DNA of 64,000 nucleotides from Trypanosoma brucei (Eukaryota): NCBI GenBank assembly GCA_000002445.1, contig CP000070.1, positions 1,600,001 to 1,664,000 of the forward strand, read 5' to 3'. Shown piece by piece: positions 59,004 to 64,000 of this stretch (position 1 is its first letter; each line of letters starts with the position of its first letter). The notes under the pieces were generated by a model. It saw only the letters and a program-made list of their open reading frames with translations, ran no database searches and was not told where the DNA came from. The position numbers and the translations under genes were made by a program.

Positions 59004-61292
59004 CTACTTCCCTTGTAGGCGCTCTTTCTCCATTTCCAGAAGCATTTGTTGTTCATCACGCTTAGATACTTTACCTTTCGTAGGCATTTGCTGCTGAAAG
59101 GAAGCTGCCTCCTTCAAGAACTTCCTGAGTAGCTGATTATCCTGCTGTCGCTTCTCGAATTCATTGCGATGCTGGGCAAGAAAGTTCTCCCGCGCGGCAG
59201 CCCGCTCCGCCTTGTGCTTATCCGCCTCCTCTTCTTCGATGGTCCTCCGCCTGGGGATCTCCAGTTCTCGGCACGCCCGTTCAAAGTGATTCATCCTAGT
59301 CACGTCCGCAGCCTTTTCCTGTGTGGTGATCTTTAGGTGGTCAGCCAAAAGCTTCGTTACCTCCTGCACGAAATCGTTAGAATTCTTCTGAGCGATAATA
59401 TCCTTGATGAGGAACCCCTTGTACTTCTCGCGAAGACGGCGCAGCAGCAACTTCCGCCTCTCTTGATTAACGTATTCGTTGTACTTTGCAATGCCCTGCG
59501 ATTCCTTAGCGAGGTCAGCTGCCTCTTTCTTTTTCTTTTCGTTCTCTATACGTTCGGCCCTCTCCTTAGAGCGTTTCTCCCTCTCCCTTAATTTGGCGTC
59601 CTTCCTACGCTGCTCGGCAGCTTCCTCGCAACTCTGCTGCTGGTTGTAAAGATTTCTGGTACGTTCGTGGACGAGGCGGAGATGATCAGGTTTAATGTCC
59701 AGCTTCCGGCGTGACGCAGCTGGTTGGAGTTGCACATGTTGGGCCAAAGTGTCAAACGCCTCGAGTACCTTTATTTTCGTGGCGTTGCTGAAGGTAATAG
59801 AATTTGTTTTGTGATCAATCTCTACAGTGATTCCCGACTCGTGTAAAATGTACGGTTCAATTTCGTTCACGTAGGCACCCTCTGATTGCTCACTCTCCCA
59901 TATCCGAAGCGACGACGCCTCCACCCGCGTCACCTTCGTGGCCATGTACTCCAAAAAGCGCTTCATCACTACCTTGCGAAGCGGCTGTTGATACTTCTCA
60001 AGGCTTTGGTCCTTCTGGACAACCTGCGATACTTGTGCAATGGCCCTGCTGGAAGCCTCACCATCAAATACCTCATTTCGCAGTAGCTCCACAACGGCAA
60101 CTACACCCTTAGGGGCGGCCTGAAGCAGCTGCATTTGTTGCATACGCTGCACTAAGAAGTTCCGCGACGGAGCCTCTTTGAGGTCAAGTAACTTTGCAAT
60201 TTGCTCATTCTTCTGAAAAAAAGAGTCAGAACCGCGGGCAAAACTCTCTCTTCCTTTGATGTTCGGAACACAGAGAGCAGCGAGGACCGCCCTCGACAAC
60301 AGCGACTCCTTACGCTCATCATCAGCTAGAAATGCGGCAGAGAGTAAGCAGTGAGCATGGAATGAGTAGCAGGAGCACTCCCAGAAGAGTGTAGCCATCA
60401 CAAGATAAGCGTCACTCTGACTTTTCCGGAAATCCTCATGTTGCTTTGTTTTGGCCAGCACCTTTGTGAAGCACTCTAGGGTTCTCCACGCTCCCTGCCA
60501 ATTGCTCACAGCAATCAACGCTTCGAGGAGTTGGCAAAATACACTCACGGTTTTCTGTGCTGCGGTCACGTCTCTGTGGAAGCTCTCGCGGTCAATCTTT
60601 AGGGCATCGGCTGCCCTGGTCGAGTACGCCTTGTTTGTTTTTGGCCGTATAGGGTATAACAGAAACCTCAAGAAGAAACGCACGAAGCTGTCCGCCACAT
60701 GGCCGATGGCTGCCCTGAACTTGTACGTCCTGCAGAGTTCAATCAACTTCTCTGTGGTTTCAAGGTAAATGGGGAGAAGCTTCCCGGAGTGCCCAATCAC
60801 ATTGAAGGTCAACATTTCTCTAGCAACCTCTCCCACAATTTTCTCCGCCGGAACGAGGTACAAATCCTTTACCCGCTGATCGATGGAAATGCCAGAGAGG
60901 GAGGAAAGTATTAAGTCGCACTCACTGCGCTTAGCTTTAGTTTCATCAACCTTATCATAGGCCCATTTGCACCGCTTATCGAGGTGATCCAATGTCGTGT
61001 TAACGATATGTCGTGTGCCATCTTCAAGGTGCTGATTGCCGCTTACTTTCCTGTTATTCCAGCGGAAGGCGGGGAACAGGAGATCAACCTTCACACCGTG
61101 CGCTTGACTGAGACACAACTCAATGAGGAGACTCACAGCCTCTTTATACATAGGACCATAACGCACCTTGTTATCCGACAGGGAATGCAAAGCATCAATA
61201 GCATCCAGAAACTTTTTCTCCTTCTTGAGCTCCAGGGCCTTATTGAGGCAACCACGCGCCTTGTCATCCGAGTTTACTTCCGCTTGCAACAT
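59004..61292 (-). CDS. EIF3A: PCI-domain translation initiation factor, probable eIF3 subunit a (762 aa)
   Basis: Helical N-terminal and PCI-like region followed by a long Lys/Glu/Arg-rich coiled-coil C-terminus (REKRSKERAERIENEKKKKEAADLAKE…). Size (~87 kDa) and position downstream of GRESAG4 copies match my recollection of T. brucei eIF3a on chromosome 7. No alignment has been run. Confidence 0.5.
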   Translation of the reverse strand: MLQAEVNSDDKARGCLNKALELKKEKKFLDAIDALHSLSDNKVRYGPMYKEAVSLLIELCLSQAHGVKVDLLFPAFRWNNRKVSGNQHLEDGTRHIVNTTLDHLDKRCKWAYDKVDETKAKRSECDLILSSLSGISIDQRVKDLYLVPAEKIVGEVAREMLTFNVIGHSGKLLPIYLETTEKLIELCRTYKFRAAIGHVADSFVRFFLRFLLYPIRPKTNKAYSTRAADALKIDRESFHRDVTAAQKTVSVFCQLLEALIAVSNWQGAWRTLECFTKVLAKTKQHEDFRKSQSDAYLVMATLFWECSCYSFHAHCLLSAAFLADDERKESLLSRAVLAALCVPNIKGRESFARGSDSFFQKNEQIAKLLDLKEAPSRNFLVQRMQQMQLLQAAPKGVVAVVELLRNEVFDGEASSRAIAQVSQVVQKDQSLEKYQQPLRKVVMKRFLEYMATKVTRVEASSLRIWESEQSEGAYVNEIEPYILHESGITVEIDHKTNSITFSNATKIKVLEAFDTLAQHVQLQPAASRRKLDIKPDHLRLVHERTRNLYNQQQSCEEAAEQRRKDAKLREREKRSKERAERIENEKKKKEAADLAKESQGIAKYNEYVNQERRKLLLRRLREKYKGFLIKDIIAQKNSNDFVQEVTKLLADHLKITTQEKAADVTRMNHFERACRELEIPRRRTIEEEEADKHKAERAAARENFLAQHRNEFEKRQQDNQLLRKFLKEAASFQQQMPTKGKVSKRDEQQMLLEMEKERLQGK

Positions 61293-61744
61293 CCTTCCTT
61301 TCTCGTTTGTTCTTTTATTATTATTATTATTATTTTTCCTGTTGTTATTGTTGTTGGCTAACGGTTATATTTCCTCCTTTTTTTTCTTCTTTTCTACTTC
61401 GTTATTTGCCACCTGTACTTCTTACTTAATCCTTTCCTTCTCCTCACTCCAGTCACCCAAAACAAAAGAGTACCACGCACCGTTACTCGTCCCCTTTTAT
61501 ATTACTGTTAATATTTTTGACTGTTATTAGTGGTGCAACCTTTTTGTTGCTATTACTACACCTTATCCAATAAACAACAATCCGTAACGAAGTGAACGAT
61601 CCTCCCACCTGAAAAGGAAAGGCCGCGGGCAACGAAGCAAAATAGGCAGCCGATATTGAAAATGTGAGATAGCGTATGACGGTCAAAAAAAGTAATGAGG
61701 AAGTAAAGCAAGTGAAACAGCGTGGTTAAAATAAATAAAAAAAA

Positions 61745-61768
61745 GTAATAATAATAATAATAATAATA
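61745..61768. repeat. (TAA)8 microsatellite upstream of the probable eIF3a gene
   Basis: Direct read. Similar (TTA)n runs lie at 61315-61335 and 63031-63058. Confidence 0.9.
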
Positions 61769-62031
61769 ACAGTGAGCAAACATACCCAATAATTTTCTTC
61801 CTCTTTTCTTCTTGTTTAGGTTTGCTTCCTCATTACTTTTAAAGGAATAGGAATATCATCAAAACAAGGTAAAAGAAGAACTGCAGGATAACAGACATGC
61901 CTATTACACCGTGTCATGTTCTTCCCTCCACACTTTCCTCCACTTACGCTTTTGCACATGCCCCAACGCTTGTCTATTATATCCGACGTTGCTGCTGTTG
62001 TTGTTGTTATTGCTCTTACTTGTGCCTTAAC

Positions 62032-62052
62032 ATATATATATATATATATATA
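62032..62052. repeat. (TA)10 microsatellite
   Basis: Direct read. Confidence 0.9.
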
Positions 62053-63569
62053 CGTATGTGTGTGTATCAATGAGAGGGAGAGGGAGATAAAAGCCATTGC
62101 TCTGCATTGCATTTGCAACTGCGTGTCTGCGTGCTTACGCTCCGCTTGATTTCTCAATGCCCCCAACTTTCGATTTCATTCGTCAACAACACGACGAGCC
62201 TCGACGGTTGTATTCGGTCAACACGACAGAGGCACTCGCCTCACGCGCTAAAACATGTATGGATGCCTGCAGCTCTGCAGCTCCCAACATGACATCAGTT
62301 GTGTCCTCGGCACCACTTGACTCCATTAGTGAAACTGCCCTTCTCATTGCCTCAACGACATTATCTAAACCTTTTAGTGCATCACCTACATCCGACATTT
62401 CTATAAATAAAAATAAAATGATGGAGAGACGAAAACGAACGACGGCAGAAGCTGCCTCACTACGAAATCAACAGCAACCGCAATTCATACAAACGTGTTG
62501 GTAGTGGTGGTGTTGGTGTGGGTGTGTGTGTGCTTCTGTGTGCGCATAAAATAGTTAACTTAATCTTCTCTCCTCCAGCTGTTTGTATGACACAACACGC
62601 TGGTGGAGAGAACCAAAGAGCACTAAAATAAAGATAATCAAAACAACAATAATGATGATAATAATAATGATAATGATAATTTTTAAAAAAGATATGGGTA
62701 GTAATTAAAATAGGTTCTCACTTACTCTACTCCACCCTTCTTTTCTTTTTCCCCCGCCCCGCCCCTTTCATCTCCTTTGCCTACTTTTCCCAAACCTTCC
62801 ACATCTCTTCAGCGCGCAGAGGGGGCGCAAGCCGTAATCGCAAGAGAGGAAGAATCCGAAATTAATTCGCTCAAATGAAATAGACAACGTAGACAGAAGA
62901 ATTTGGAAAACGAAAAAAAAAAGAAAGAAGGATAAATATCAGTTGAAACTGCATGCAGTTCATCACTTGAACAGAAAAGGATACACAAAAGAAACAATAT
63001 ACAAAACGCACAGGACAACAGAATGGTAATAATAATAATTATATTATTATTATTATATCAAGCGAAACAAAAAATGTAGCGACAATGGCATTGAACAGTC
63101 ACTAAAAAGGGCCGCGAGCAGGACGAAATATCACAAAGGGATGGAAAAGTGATAATCTTTTGGGGATGAGCCGGTAGAAATACGAACAAAATAAACGAAC
63201 AAATGTAAGAGGTCCGACCAAAAAATTGTGATGTGTGGGTTTTAGAAGAAGGGGGGAAAGTAGTCAAATAGTGTTACCAGGAGTTCCCACTGATTAAACA
63301 ATGCAAAGAGAATACAAACACAAATGCAAAGGGACGGTCACACGCGCGCGCATGCATGTGCGTTCCCTTGCCCTAACAGTGTACAGGGAAAGGGGTTAGA
63401 AAAACTTCACCCCTCAAGTAACGAGCCGTTTGTCTTCTCCCCTGAGTCCATACACACATACAGGAGAGGAATCCACGCGGCCGTCAAGATAACTTTCGAA
63501 AAAAGGGAAAGGAAAGGAAAGGAAAGAAACAGCTGTTCATGCTGTAGCGCACAGTAATGTTACTCGCTC

Positions 63570-63980
63570 TTATTCCTCCTCCACCTCAAGCTCTGCAGCT
63601 CCATCCTGCCGCCCACCCACCGCTCCCACTGCGAATGCCAACTCGTACTCGAGCGGCACATTCTCCATTAAAATAAGTTCTTCCACCACAAGTTGTTCCA
63701 TGGTTGGTTGGTGCCTCATCTCTACAACTCGCTCCACCAGGTGGCCGCGCTCCACACATCCCACGCAACTGACCTGCCGGTCCCGCAACATGTTCTTCAA
63801 TTGGCCAACACTCATGGAGTAAATATCCTCCAATTCTTTTCCCGTCTCCCCGCCGCTGTAGAAAGAGTACGGAGGGCGGGAAATATTGTGCCAACCGTCC
63901 TTCAACACGCCACTACGCCGCAAAAGGAATATTTGCTCCTTGGAATATTCATGAAACGTAGATGCCAACACGCCGCCCAA
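63570..63980 (-). CDS. Hypothetical protein (136 aa); N-terminal MGG (possible N-myristoylation), CxxC motif, acidic C-terminus
   Basis: Clean ORF on the same strand as its neighbours in an otherwise ORF-poor single-copy region. Composition is protein-like. No family recognised. Confidence 0.4.
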   Translation of the reverse strand: MGGVLASTFHEYSKEQIFLLRRSGVLKDGWHNISRPPYSFYSGGETGKELEDIYSMSVGQLKNMLRDRQVSCVGCVERGHLVERVVEMRHQPTMEQLVVEELILMENVPLEYELAFAVGAVGGRQDGAAELEVEEE

Positions 63981-64000
63981 AAGGGACAGCAGCAGTGCCA

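Noticed and set aside
61168..61530. 120-aa + strand ORF overlapping the eIF3a start and upstream region, rich in L/F/S
   Set aside because: It is the translation of a pyrimidine-rich tract and (TTA)n microsatellite on the non-transcribed strand. Low complexity.
1..64000. Prokaryotic-style features (CRISPR arrays, operons, sigma-70 promoters, rho-independent terminators)
   Set aside because: The sequence is clearly kinetoplastid nuclear DNA (polycistronic unidirectional gene clusters, GRESAG4, RIME-like retroposon). These feature classes do not apply, and no short direct-repeat/spacer architecture is present.

Overview
This window is eukaryotic and looks kinetoplastid, most likely African-trypanosome (Trypanosoma brucei group) core chromosomal DNA. 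It holds two large tandem gene arrays on opposite strands that converge on a strand-switch region, then a single-copy stretch on the minus strand.

- **Transporter array (1-17590, + strand):** six copies (the first cut off by the window edge) of a ~590-aa polytopic membrane transporter, alternating between a 598-aa isoform and a 585-aa isoform. They differ mainly in the cytoplasmic C-terminal tail and in the 3' intergenic sequence. The last copy is a mosaic of the two isoforms. Architecture and, from memory, chromosomal context fit the PAD (protein associated with differentiation) MFS/carboxylate-transporter array of T. brucei chromosome 7.
- **Convergent junction (17.6-25.8 kb):** no convincing genes and no tRNAs, but a perfect 2,179-bp inverted repeat (18593-20771 and 23569-25747) around a 2.8-kb spacer.
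- **Cyclase array (25769-57573, - strand):** five ~6.55-kb units, each encoding a ~1,268-aa receptor-type adenylate cyclase of the ESAG4/GRESAG4 family. Each has a signal peptide, a large variable extracellular domain, one TM helix and an invariant class III cyclase catalytic domain. Copies differ by patchwork segment swaps. The last copy (53004-57273) is a pseudogene, with a TGG-to-TGA nonsense change plus a ~493-bp poly(A)-tailed retroposon (RIME-like) inserted near its 3' end.
- **Downstream on the minus strand:** a 762-aa PCI/coiled-coil protein consistent with eIF3a, and a 136-aa hypothetical protein.
- **Other:** scattered (AT)n and (TAA)n microsatellites and polypyrimidine tracts consistent with trans-splicing signals.

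No prokaryotic-type features (CRISPR, operons, sigma promoters) are expected or seen.
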